Source: Candidatus Kaiserbacteria bacterium (GTDB taxonomy: Bacteria > Patescibacteriota > Minisyncoccia > Phycocordibacterales > UBA2100). Taken from it: 64,000 nt of DNA. Of this stretch, positions 17,814 to 25,914 are shown in pieces. Made by a program: the position numbers and the translations under genes. Numbering within the stretch: position 1 is the stretch's first letter; the number at the start of each line of letters is the position of its first letter. The notes under the pieces were generated by a model. It was not told the DNA's origin and did not search any database. It saw only the letters and a list, made by a program, of their open reading frames with translations. Location of the stretch: the NCBI GenBank assembly GCA_028286585.1, contig JAQBRI010000008.1, positions 84,476 through 148,475 of the forward strand. The letters run 5' to 3'.

Positions 17814-17834
17814 GGCTTGCCACTCCCTGGTTAT

Positions 17835-18218
17835 TCATTCCGATATATTCAGGCCCACAATTCTTGAAGGATCCAGCGTACTGCCGCCTTGCGGAAACAG
17901 TGTGACCGCCTCTCCCGAGATCGGTGAGAGTAAGAAGAGGCGTCCTTCTTCGGCATCCGAAACATTGTAGATAAGCAGGCTTGCGGAGTAGTCGAGGCGG
18001 TCACTGACATTCCATTCACCACCGTCCTCCATCTTGGCGACCCATTTGAGTGTGATATTGAGATCCCCGCAGTTGTCGGATGGAAAACCGGGGACTGGTT
18101 TACCTTCGGTTACCTCGACGGCGGCGATTTCTCCACGGTAGAGATAGTCTTCACCCTCATTTCGAACTTCGAGCTGACCACCTTTATAACGCTGAAGGTC
18201 TTGGGTAGTTAACTTCAT
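17835..18218 (-). CDS. Hypothetical protein
   Basis: 127-aa ORF. Confidence 0.4.
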   Translation of the reverse strand: MKLTTQDLQRYKGGQLEVRNEGEDYLYRGEIAAVEVTEGKPVPGFPSDNCGDLNITLKWVAKMEDGGEWNVSDRLDYSASLLIYNVSDAEEGRLFLLSPISGEAVTLFPQGGSTLDPSRIVGLNISE

Positions 18219-18330
18219 GACGGAATCCTTCTTTCGCCCAGAACAGGCTGGACAGAATGTAGCATATGTTGCACAAAAATTCCACTACTATTCCATGCTG
18301 CCATTGGCTACAGTTTGGTATACTTTGTAT

Positions 18331-18966
18331 ATGAAGTTACTACTTACATCTGCGGGAATAACAAATCAGTCAATTGCCGATTCGTTGATTGATCTTGTTG
18401 GTAAAAAAGTCGAAGATATAAAAATTGGTTTTATTCCAACAGCAGCAAATATTGAAAAGGGAAATAAGGATTGGTTCATTCGGCAATTTATAGATCTCTA
18501 TGCGTATGGATTTACTTGGATCGATATTGTTGATATTTCGATTCCAGAAATTGATTGGAAGAATCGCTTTGCCGAGACGGACGTAATTATGGTAAGCGGA
18601 GGTAATACTTTTTACTTACTCGAGCAAATTCGTAAAGCCGGATTTGCCGAATGGCTTAAAACGATACAGGATACAAAAGTATATGTGGGAATTAGTGCAG
18701 GAAGTATTGTTGCCACCCCTTCAATTGCGATAGCCGCTGTAGATAATGGTGATATCAATTATTCGAATCTAACAGATCTGAATGGTTTTGGATTAGTAGA
18801 TTTTGAAGTTTCGCCTCACACTCCTGAACAGGTAAGTAACGAAGGGAATCTGAATTATATAAAATCTTCGGGAGCAAAGCTATATGGAATAGACAATCAG
18901 AGTGCTATTAGGGTTGTGGATGGGGAAGTAGGCGCTGTCTCCGAAGGTGTCTGGATTGAGTACTAA
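18331..18966 (+). CDS. Peptidase E-like (S51 family, class I glutamine amidotransferase-like fold)
   Basis: 'MKLLLTSAGI' N-terminus and 'SGGNTFYLL...GISAGSIV' catalytic Ser context. Confidence 0.65.
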   Translation: MKLLLTSAGITNQSIADSLIDLVGKKVEDIKIGFIPTAANIEKGNKDWFIRQFIDLYAYGFTWIDIVDISIPEIDWKNRFAETDVIMVSGGNTFYLLEQIRKAGFAEWLKTIQDTKVYVGISAGSIVATPSIAIAAVDNGDINYSNLTDLNGFGLVDFEVSPHTPEQVSNEGNLNYIKSSGAKLYGIDNQSAIRVVDGEVGAVSEGVWIEY

Positions 18967-18989
18967 AAAAGTGTAGCATTATCATAATT

Positions 18990-19013
18990 AAAAAAGCCGC
19001 TCGGAGGAGCGGC
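18990..19013 (-). terminator. Hairpin terminator (GCCGCTC-GGAG-GAGCGGC) with a T-run on the minus strand
   Basis: It lies downstream of the small minus-strand ORF 19056-19208. Confidence 0.4.
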
Positions 19014-19055
19014 AGAGAAATATTCCTCCGAGCTACTTCGAGCGGTACAATTGCA

Positions 19056-19208
19056 TCAGGCTTCCCGTCTCATTCTAATGAGAAAAGGAAGCGCGATGAG
19101 GATCAATACGATGATCGACAGAACAATGCTAGCGACTTGCGATCCGTGATGTGCCGTGCCTGTGGCGCTCACAATTGACCAGCCAAAAAAACCTGCCATT
19201 CCCATGAA
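19056..19208 (-). CDS. Small hydrophobic protein (~50 aa)
   Basis: 'MFMGMAGFFGWSIVSA...VLSIIVLILIALPF' forms two TM helices. It has its own terminator. Confidence 0.3.
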   Translation of the reverse strand, partial: FMGMAGFFGWSIVSATGTAHHGSQVASIVLSIIVLILIALPFLIRMRREA

Positions 19209-19228
19209 CATACTCCTTCTTGCTGCGG

Positions 19229-19612
19229 TTAGATATGGGGACCGTCTGGATCTTGGTATTTGATCCAAACCAGAGGCTGAGCAGGATCGAGTTTGACGCC
19301 GTTCGGATCGTCGGCCAACACATCAATGATGTCAAACTTGAGCTGACGAACCACGCTCTTGGTCAGTTTGGCCTTGCGATCAGGATAGCCAATGGTCTCG
19401 ACTTCGAATGAGAAAAGCGCCGACAATTGTGCACCGGGCGGATACATGAGTGGCAAAAAGTCGATGTCTTCGATTCCGAGGGTTGTGGCCTCGGTGCTGG
19501 CTGCATTAGCAACAAGTTTGCGGATAGCGAGGCCGGCCCTTTTGTGATCGAATTTGAGCATAAACATACTGGGCGCCAGATTGACGTCAATGTTCATAAA
19601 AACCTTAAGCAT
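19229..19612 (-). CDS. Hypothetical protein in the GC-rich block
   Basis: A good RBS (AAGGGAGATTT) precedes the ATG; 127 aa. Confidence 0.45.
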   Translation of the reverse strand: MLKVFMNIDVNLAPSMFMLKFDHKRAGLAIRKLVANAASTEATTLGIEDIDFLPLMYPPGAQLSALFSFEVETIGYPDRKAKLTKSVVRQLKFDIIDVLADDPNGVKLDPAQPLVWIKYQDPDGPHI

Positions 19613-19763
19613 CTAAATCTCCCTTGTTTGAACACGTTGAACTGCGTGCGTTATAATACCAATTTACCTATAAGTCAAGTCTTATGATTTCGATCCCCAC
19701 TAACTTTAATAGTCAGACGCGGGCACTGGCAGTACGTTTTCTAACGCCATAACACTTTTATAT

Positions 19764-19792
19764 TTGACATATGTATAATTAATATGTAATAT
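19764..19792 (+). promoter_or_regulatory. Sigma-70-type promoter TTGACA-N17-TAATAT
   Basis: Exact -35 element with 17-nt spacer, about 45 nt upstream of the ATG at 19838. Confidence 0.45.
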
Positions 19793-19837
19793 AAATTCGG
19801 AGCTAATTGAGGCTTGGAACCAAGAAGGGATTCTAAA

Positions 19838-20323
19838 ATGAGCGACACAAGGACCCGATTGAAAATTCGCAAAATTGCTATTCCAGTCATCGTCGACATT
19901 GGTCGCGACTGGAAACAACTTGTTCGTGCTATGGCACCTGAAACTGGCTCAGAAGTGCCGCAGGAACTCATCTCAAAAGATATTGTTCCTGCACGAAAAG
20001 TCCTACTCGTCAATTTTGGCGAAGATACTTTTAACAATATCGGAGAAGATCATTATCAATCCTGGCATGTCGCCTGGGGTCGCAAAAACGGTCTGCGTCC
20101 AGCAACAGACCGCGAAGTCATGTCGACTGGTTCTGCCGATCTGGAAAGTGATCTCGGCTCGGAACCGGTCGCAATCGTCTTGTTTCAAGTCGAGACGTGG
20201 GGCAATATGCCTTTTGGGCGAACCTTCCAGTTCGCAGGCGGTAGACGCCGTCTCCATTCAGAACTTTTGCTTCTTGGGATGTACCCCAGCTCTTGGTGGT
20301 TTCCGTATGTTCGTGAAGCCTAG
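19838..20323 (+). CDS. Hypothetical protein in the GC-rich block
   Basis: 161 aa from 'MSDTRTRLKI'. Other frames in this GC-rich region are also open. Confidence 0.35.
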   Translation: MSDTRTRLKIRKIAIPVIVDIGRDWKQLVRAMAPETGSEVPQELISKDIVPARKVLLVNFGEDTFNNIGEDHYQSWHVAWGRKNGLRPATDREVMSTGSADLESDLGSEPVAIVLFQVETWGNMPFGRTFQFAGGRRRLHSELLLLGMYPSSWWFPYVREA

Positions 20324-20450
20324 CATCACACCGCCACTTCAAAAGCCACCCTCCGGGGTTCGCTCTGGAGTGGTGGCTTTTTTGTATAATGCACCCTTCA
20401 TTTAAATAAGAATTCGCAAGGATCTTAGCTCTGTACCCGTGTCGCAAGTA

Positions 20451-20479
20451 TTGACAAATAATACATATAATCCTATAAT
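20451..20479 (+). promoter_or_regulatory. Consensus sigma-70 promoter TTGACA-N17-TATAAT
   Basis: Perfect -35 and -10 hexamers with a 17-nt spacer. It reads into the GC-rich unit. Confidence 0.55.
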
Positions 20480-20625
20480 ACTAGCGGGAAATGGGAACTT
20501 CGCATCATGGTAAGCATAGGCATACTTGAATAAAGTTTCTACGGTTACTCCAACAGGAAGGTGAAAGCCAAACTTGTTAGCTAGAAGTCACAACATAGTG
20601 TTGTGATTCTCGCGGAGCCGCCCCC

Positions 20626-20877
20626 ATGACCCAGCATGCAATCGTGGTAGTCCACGCCGCTTCCAACACGGTCATAGTTGGAACCCACTCGTTTACCGAT
20701 GGATTCAAAGTCTCTCGCAGGCAATGGATCATTAGGACAGACGAAGACGCTGTTGCGTATTGTTCATGGCTTACAAACCATGGATTTGCACATCAAAGCG
20801 ACGATTTCCTCGATCGTTGGGTTGAGCGAGGAAGCATTCCGACAATTGGTCTCCCTCGATCAGCGTTTGCGACGTAG
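20626..20877 (+). CDS. Possible small ORF (83 aa) inside the promoter-to-terminator unit. Coding status is uncertain.
   Basis: The region is GC-rich (~50%) with several overlapping frames, and there is no clear RBS. Confidence 0.25.
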   Translation: MTQHAIVVVHAASNTVIVGTHSFTDGFKVSRRQWIIRTDEDAVAYCSWLTNHGFAHQSDDFLDRWVERGSIPTIGLPRSAFAT

Positions 20878-20888
20878 GGGGATCGAAC

Positions 20889-20926
20889 AAAGCCGAACAC
20901 CCCTCTCGGGTAAGTAGGCTTTTTTC
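20889..20926 (+). terminator. Terminator-like repeat element, copy 1 (AAAGCCGAACACCCCTCTCGGGTAAGTAGGCTTTTTT)
   Basis: Outer stem AAAGCC/GGCTTT enclosing inner stem ACCC/GGGT, followed by a T-run. Confidence 0.5.
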
Positions 20927-20961
20927 ATTTTAAATATTATTTATACTGATATACTTACTAG

Positions 20962-21342
20962 ATGAAACTCGATGCAATTGGGGTTGTGAGCAAAGATATT
21001 AAAAAGTCGGTAGCGTTTTATAAGCTGCTTGGTTTTGAATTTGGCGAAGTACCAGACGATGCAATGCATATTGAGGCCAAGCGCCAAAATGATTCTGTAC
21101 GATTCATGATTGATAATTATGAAATGATTAAGGAACATACGGGTATCGATACAGAGCCGTCAAACATGTCTTCGTTTGCAATCTTGTGCGACAATCCAGC
21201 AGATGTTGATTCTGCGGTACAAAAAATAAAAGACGCAGGCTACACAATTGCCAAGGAGCCATGGGATGCGATGTGGGGTCAGCGATATGCCGTTGTGATT
21301 GACCCGGACGGCTACGGAGTCGACTTGTTTGCCACACTCTAA
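20962..21342 (+). CDS. VOC / glyoxalase-bleomycin-resistance family protein
   Basis: The 126-aa protein has a 'MKLDAIGVVSKDIKKSVAFYKLLGF' beta-alpha-beta-beta-beta module. Confidence 0.65.
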   Translation: MKLDAIGVVSKDIKKSVAFYKLLGFEFGEVPDDAMHIEAKRQNDSVRFMIDNYEMIKEHTGIDTEPSNMSSFAILCDNPADVDSAVQKIKDAGYTIAKEPWDAMWGQRYAVVIDPDGYGVDLFATL

Positions 21343-21408
21343 AATATAAAAATACCCAGGCCTTTAAACTCGTTTTACAAACGACACAGGGCACTGTAGA
21401 GTTTAAAA

Positions 21409-22269
21409 ATGAACAGTCTACTAAAGAAATGCCACTCTTTAATAGCCTCTATTGCTGCAATAAAATGGCAGTCACTCGATTTAAAGTTTCTCATAGAGGA
21501 ACTTTTTTTCTTTACTCTTAAAGAATTGCGTGCCGTTTTATTTCCCGGGCTATTTCTTTTGCTGCTACTTATATCAAATTATGTTTTGGTAGGTAACATT
21601 TATAGATATGATTTTCTCTTTGTGGGTGCAGTGCTAATACAAGTTGTGCTACTTGTTTTAAAACTTGAAACCGTAGACGAGGCAAAAACTATATTTTTAT
21701 TTCACATAGTCGGCCTGTGTCTCGAAATCTATAAGACAAATCCAGCAATAGGTTCATGGTCGTATCCAGAACCAGGCTATCTTAAAATTGCCGGCGTGCC
21801 CTTGTATAGCGGATTTATGTACGCGGCAGTTGGTAGTTATATTGCTCAAGCATGGAAGTCTCTACATCTAAGACTTTCTGTTCATCCATCATATTCGATA
21901 AGTATTATTTTATGTATTTTGATATATCTTAATTTTTTTACTAATCATTTTATATATGACTATAGAATGTTTCTTTTTGCAGCCATATTTGTACTCTATT
22001 ATCGAACGAATATTTATTTCACTCCGCGCAAGAGGGAATACAGAATGCCTTTAATTGTCGGCTTCTTACTCATTGCTTTTTTTGTTTGGATCGCAGAAAA
22101 TATTGCTACTTTTTATGGAGCGTGGAAGTATCCAAGCCAAATTCATGCGTGGGAAGTCGTGGGCTTTCAAAAGATTACTTCTTGGTTTTTGCTGGTAATA
22201 ATATGCTTTATCATCGTTGCATATCTCAAACATTTTAAACAAAGTCGTGCTATAAAAGTAAAAGAATGA
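21409..22269 (+). CDS. Polytopic integral membrane protein (DUF817-like)
   Basis: About 8 TM helices; 286 aa. Confidence 0.5.
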   Translation: MNSLLKKCHSLIASIAAIKWQSLDLKFLIEELFFFTLKELRAVLFPGLFLLLLLISNYVLVGNIYRYDFLFVGAVLIQVVLLVLKLETVDEAKTIFLFHIVGLCLEIYKTNPAIGSWSYPEPGYLKIAGVPLYSGFMYAAVGSYIAQAWKSLHLRLSVHPSYSISIILCILIYLNFFTNHFIYDYRMFLFAAIFVLYYRTNIYFTPRKREYRMPLIVGFLLIAFFVWIAENIATFYGAWKYPSQIHAWEVVGFQKITSWFLLVIICFIIVAYLKHFKQSRAIKVKE

Positions 22270-22281
22270 CAAATCGCTGTT

Positions 22282-22313
22282 CAATAGACAGGAGGTAAAA
22301 TAGTGGTAAGCTG
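22282..22313 (+). repeat. Conserved leader CAATAGACAGGAGGTAAAATAGTGGTAAGCTG, copy A
   Basis: Identical 32-mer also present at 22767-22798. Confidence 0.5.
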
Positions 22314-22345
22314 TTTTTAGCTGCTGATAACGTGGGAAGATAGAA

Positions 22346-22684
22346 ATGCAAATCGATCCAAAAGCTGCACTAATGGCAATCGCCATATGCATACTAATGT
22401 ATATTCTGTCATCTTCTTTAGGCTTCAGGGAGGCAAGGCAAGAACTTAAAATCTTGAGAGTGTTATCAAAAAAAGGGCGGGCAAAGAGTCATGAGATTAT
22501 AAACATCGACCGTAAGATTGGATCTATTGCAATTTATGCTCGTCTCACAAGAATGGAGCAATACGGATTTATAGCTGGAGAAGGTCCATCCAAACCCACG
22601 CAATCTCGCGATCCTACAAAAATATGGTGGATCACAATGCGCGGAGCTACGAGACTAAAATATCTGGAAAAGAATTATAGATAG
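22346..22684 (+). CDS. Membrane-anchored winged-helix (PadR/MarR-like) small protein, paralog A
   Basis: TM helix, then 'QELKILRVLSKKG...W.ITM.G..RLKYLE'. Paralogous to 22831-23172. Confidence 0.5.
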   Translation: MQIDPKAALMAIAICILMYILSSSLGFREARQELKILRVLSKKGRAKSHEIINIDRKIGSIAIYARLTRMEQYGFIAGEGPSKPTQSRDPTKIWWITMRGATRLKYLEKNYR

Positions 22685-22729
22685 CATTCGCTGATACTTA
22701 TCATATATGTGATCGTCAAGAGTTCATTT

Positions 22730-22766
22730 AAAGCCGAACACCCGCTCTGGGTAAGTAGGCTTTTTT
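22730..22766 (+). terminator. Terminator-like repeat element, copy 2
   Basis: AAAGCCGAACACCCGCTCTGGGTAAGTAGGCTTTTTT. Confidence 0.5.
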
Positions 22767-22798
22767 CAATAGACAGGAGGTAAAATAGTGGTAAGCTG
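22767..22798 (+). repeat. Conserved leader, copy B
   Basis: Identical to the 32-mer at 22282. Confidence 0.5.
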
Positions 22799-22830
22799 CC
22801 CTCAGTCGCCAATAACTCAGGGAGATAGAA

Positions 22831-23172
22831 ATGTCATTTTATCTTGGAATGGGATTCGTGATGATTGTAATAGTCGTCGCGATACTTGTTTGGCTTTCCT
22901 TGTTACATTCTCGGGAGCAAAAGCAGGAACTCAAGATTCTGGCATTGTTGTCAGACCTTGGTCGGCTTAACGGCCTCGAAATGTTTGAGTATGACAACTC
23001 CATTAGTCCTTCGAATCTCTACAAACGTTTATTAAGATTAGAGCAGGACGGAGTTATTTGCGGAGAGAATTTTGTCCACTTACCGGGAACTGCTCTGCCT
23101 GTTAAAAGGAAATTCTGGATTACTATGAAGGGAAACTCCAGGCTTAAGTATCTGGAACTGAACTTTAAGTGA
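22831..23172 (+). CDS. Membrane-anchored winged-helix small protein, paralog B
   Basis: TM helix, then 'QELKILALLSDLG...FWITMKGNSRLKYLE'. Confidence 0.5.
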   Translation: MSFYLGMGFVMIVIVVAILVWLSLLHSREQKQELKILALLSDLGRLNGLEMFEYDNSISPSNLYKRLLRLEQDGVICGENFVHLPGTALPVKRKFWITMKGNSRLKYLELNFK

Positions 23173-23213
23173 CATACGCAGTATACTTATCGCGAATAGG
23201 CGATAAGCTGATT

Positions 23214-23255
23214 GAAAGCCGAACACCCCTCTCGGGTAAGTAGGCTTTTTCTTTT
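23214..23255 (+). terminator. Terminator-like repeat element, copy 3
   Basis: AAAGCCGAACACCCCTCTCGGGTAAGTAGGCTTTTTC. Confidence 0.5.
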
Positions 23256-23310
23256 TATAATTTAAACATGGCCTACCTGTATAAAATTTAATTCATGCTA
23301 CAATTTTGGC

Positions 23311-23643
23311 ATGACTTTTTTTACAATACTTCCGTTATGGGTATGGATCACAATTTCGGCATTATTCTTTGCTGCTGGTGAATTTCTTTCAAAAAAGTTT
23401 GCGCTAAATCCTGGTTGGGTCTTGTTTACACTTTTTATTCTTGTCGACATCGTTAGTGCAGCGTCGTGGCTCCCGGCAATTTACGAAAAGAATCAGCTTT
23501 CGACCACTGGCGTTATCTGGTCAATTGTTTCTCTTGTTGCAACGATAGGTATCGGGGTTTTTGCGTTCAATGAAAGGCTGACACTTGTACAATCTATAGG
23601 AGTTGCCCTGGGAGGTGTTTCAATTATCCTTTTGAGTTTATAA
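23311..23643 (+). CDS. Small 4-TM membrane protein (SMR/EamA-like)
   Basis: 110 aa with four hydrophobic helices. Confidence 0.45.
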   Translation: MTFFTILPLWVWITISALFFAAGEFLSKKFALNPGWVLFTLFILVDIVSAASWLPAIYEKNQLSTTGVIWSIVSLVATIGIGVFAFNERLTLVQSIGVALGGVSIILLSL

Positions 23644-23650
23644 TGCTGCA

Positions 23651-24289
23651 ATGAATTCCGAAATACAACTCGTCTGTTTTGATCTTGATGACACGCTGAT
23701 TACTCATAATAGCTGGAAGGAATTAGGAGTAGCGCTCGGCGTAACTCTAGAGCAAGATCAGCAATATTTTCAAGAATATATGGACGGTCATATCAACAAT
23801 GATCAGTGGAACGAAAAATTGCTACAAATATATAAACTGCACGATGATGCCAGTCGAGATGGAATTAGCCACATTCTTTCAAAATATACATATGCACCGC
23901 ATGCGCGACAAGCTGTAGCCTATGTTCAGTCGCAGGGATACAAAGTTGCACTAGTATCAGGCTCGATAGACATTTTGGTTTCGATGGTAGCAAAGGAATT
24001 GGGCATAGAAGACCATAAAGCAAATCACACGATGGTTTTTGGGGAAGACGGCAGACTTTCAACCATTCTTTCTGGCGGTAACGACACTTTGGCAAAGTTA
24101 GGATATTTGGAGGCAATAGCAGAAGAACTTTCTGTACCCTTGAGTGCCTGCGCCTGTATTGGAGATGGTGCAAACGACATTGAGATGTTTAAAAAAACTA
24201 ATAGGGGAATTACATTTACCGGCTCTCCAATAGAAAAATGCGCGTGGAAAGTCATTGATACATTGTCAGACATAGAGTCTATTCTTTGA
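23651..24289 (+). CDS. HAD-IB family hydrolase (SerB-like phosphatase)
   Basis: Motif I 'FDLDDTL' and motif IV 'GDGANDIEM'. Confidence 0.75.
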   Translation: MNSEIQLVCFDLDDTLITHNSWKELGVALGVTLEQDQQYFQEYMDGHINNDQWNEKLLQIYKLHDDASRDGISHILSKYTYAPHARQAVAYVQSQGYKVALVSGSIDILVSMVAKELGIEDHKANHTMVFGEDGRLSTILSGGNDTLAKLGYLEAIAEELSVPLSACACIGDGANDIEMFKKTNRGITFTGSPIEKCAWKVIDTLSDIESIL

Positions 24290-24320
24290 GCAGTAGCTCA
24301 TATTCAATACACGTTCAGCG

Positions 24321-25262
24321 TTACTGTAAGCGACACACACGATCAAGCTCTGCAATATCTTGGGATGACGCAACAAGACTTGTACTCGTATTGATTTTAT
24401 ACATGATCGACTTTGAATTATCCACGTGCTCGAGGCCAAGTGCATGACCCAATTCGTGGGCAAGTACGCGTACCAGCTGAATATGATTTGAATATTCATA
24501 AATATTGATTGTCTGTATGTAATTTTTTTCTTCGTAGACGCCCTCTTCAAAGGTTCCGCCTGATGATCCTGTTTGGTTGTACTGATCAACGTTCAAATTG
24601 AGCTGCACAATCTGTTGATTCAACACAGTAGCCTCGGCGTTAAGGGTATCGATGTCAGAATTTAATTTTGATTGAAGAGCCTTAAGATGTGCGTATTTAG
24701 CTTGGAGAGCAATTTTTTGCTGCTGAAGTTGTGCGTAGGCAGATCCAGGCGCACCACCTTTTTGGTTCCATTGTTCGACTTCGGCGTTGTAGGCTGCCTC
24801 CTCGTCTGAGTAGTCCGAGGTCTCACTATCATATGTTTTTTGTTCGTTCGCTACCTGCGCATGCAGGGCTGCATACTTTTGTTTAATCTCGTTATAGTTA
24901 GCTAGGCTCGAATCTACCTCAAGACCAATGTTTTTTAAAGCGTCCGTAGATGCTTGCCTGTTGTCGTATATCAGATTTACCGTCACGTCGCCACCGGTTG
25001 CGACATATGTAAAAAGCTCTTTTTTAGCAGGTGTTTCCCAAACGTCTTCAGCTTCTGCCAGATCTTTGATTAACATATCTTTTTTAATCCCAAAATGTGA
25101 ATCCACCGTACCAATAGAATATGTGAGCGGTGTCGAACATGGAGCAACGCTCGAGCGAGCCTCGCGCAGCATTGCCCATGCCTGATTCTTGTGTGTAGAG
25201 TAGAGATATACTCCGATACCGAGAACTACGACCAAGATAAGTATGTCGTACATTCGACGCAT
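24321..25262 (-). CDS. Membrane-anchored matrixin-like zinc metalloprotease
   Basis: 'HELGHALGLEH' (HExxHxxGxxH) near the C-terminus, an N-terminal TM helix and a Q-rich coiled-coil middle. Confidence 0.7.
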   Translation of the reverse strand: MRRMYDILILVVVLGIGVYLYSTHKNQAWAMLREARSSVAPCSTPLTYSIGTVDSHFGIKKDMLIKDLAEAEDVWETPAKKELFTYVATGGDVTVNLIYDNRQASTDALKNIGLEVDSSLANYNEIKQKYAALHAQVANEQKTYDSETSDYSDEEAAYNAEVEQWNQKGGAPGSAYAQLQQQKIALQAKYAHLKALQSKLNSDIDTLNAEATVLNQQIVQLNLNVDQYNQTGSSGGTFEEGVYEEKNYIQTINIYEYSNHIQLVRVLAHELGHALGLEHVDNSKSIMYKINTSTSLVASSQDIAELDRVCRLQ

Positions 25263-25316
25263 CTATACAGTATAACGGTATCTATAAAACCAACAACAGT
25301 ATGCTAGTATCAATAC

Positions 25317-25862
25317 ATGAACATTCAGAAAATCTTGATCGCACTGGTCGCTATTATCGTTCTTGCGGCACTTTGGTTTTTTGTTACTAAACAAGAAACT
25401 TTAGCTCCAGCTACTGATACAAGTAAAATTGCAACAACAACTTCCGAACAGCCAACGGCGTGCTTTGCTGATGCAAAAATCTGTCCCGACGGTAGCGCAG
25501 TTGGTCGTGTTGGTCCAAACTGTGAATTTGCAGCATGTCCTTCAGTAAATGCAACTTCTTCAACTGTTCACACAACCGTTGGACAAAAAGTTACTGGCCT
25601 CGGTGTCACTATTACACCAATTGAGGTAGTCGAAGACAGTCGATGTCCTGCAAATGTAAATTGTATCTGGGCAGGTACTGTAAAGGTTCGCACCAAAATA
25701 ACCAGTGCAATGGGAACGTCCGAAATGGTATTGGAGCTTGGCGTTCCTACTACAACAGAAGCAGAGATTGTCACTCTTACCGAAGTTACTCCACAAAAAG
25801 TTCCGCAAGAGACAATACCAATATCTTCATATCGTTTTGTTTTTACAATAACGAAAAAATAA
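25317..25862 (+). CDS. Secreted/anchored hypothetical protein
   Basis: Signal/TM helix followed by a Cys pattern; 181 aa. Confidence 0.4.
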   Translation: MNIQKILIALVAIIVLAALWFFVTKQETLAPATDTSKIATTTSEQPTACFADAKICPDGSAVGRVGPNCEFAACPSVNATSSTVHTTVGQKVTGLGVTITPIEVVEDSRCPANVNCIWAGTVKVRTKITSAMGTSEMVLELGVPTTTEAEIVTLTEVTPQKVPQETIPISSYRFVFTITKK

Positions 25863-25914
25863 TTAATAAAAAAGCGCTCGCGTCGAGCGCTTTTTTATTT
25901 GAATTCGCTACAAG

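Noticed and set aside
20480-20890. RNase P RNA, tmRNA or SRP RNA identity for the GC-rich promoter-terminator unit
   Set aside because: None of the universal motifs I can check by eye were found (P4 GGAAAGUCCGGGC / CCCGGCUUA, the tmRNA GGGGG-TTCGA-CCCCC T-arm with an acceptor pairing to the 5' end, SRP domain IV GGAA/AGCAGCC). It is left as an unclassified candidate.
22788-22970. 60-aa ORF starting at the GTG of the conserved leader
   Set aside because: It is an out-of-frame overlap with the wHTH paralog B. The equivalent GTG in leader copy A gives only 5 codons. It is more likely a leader feature than a protein.
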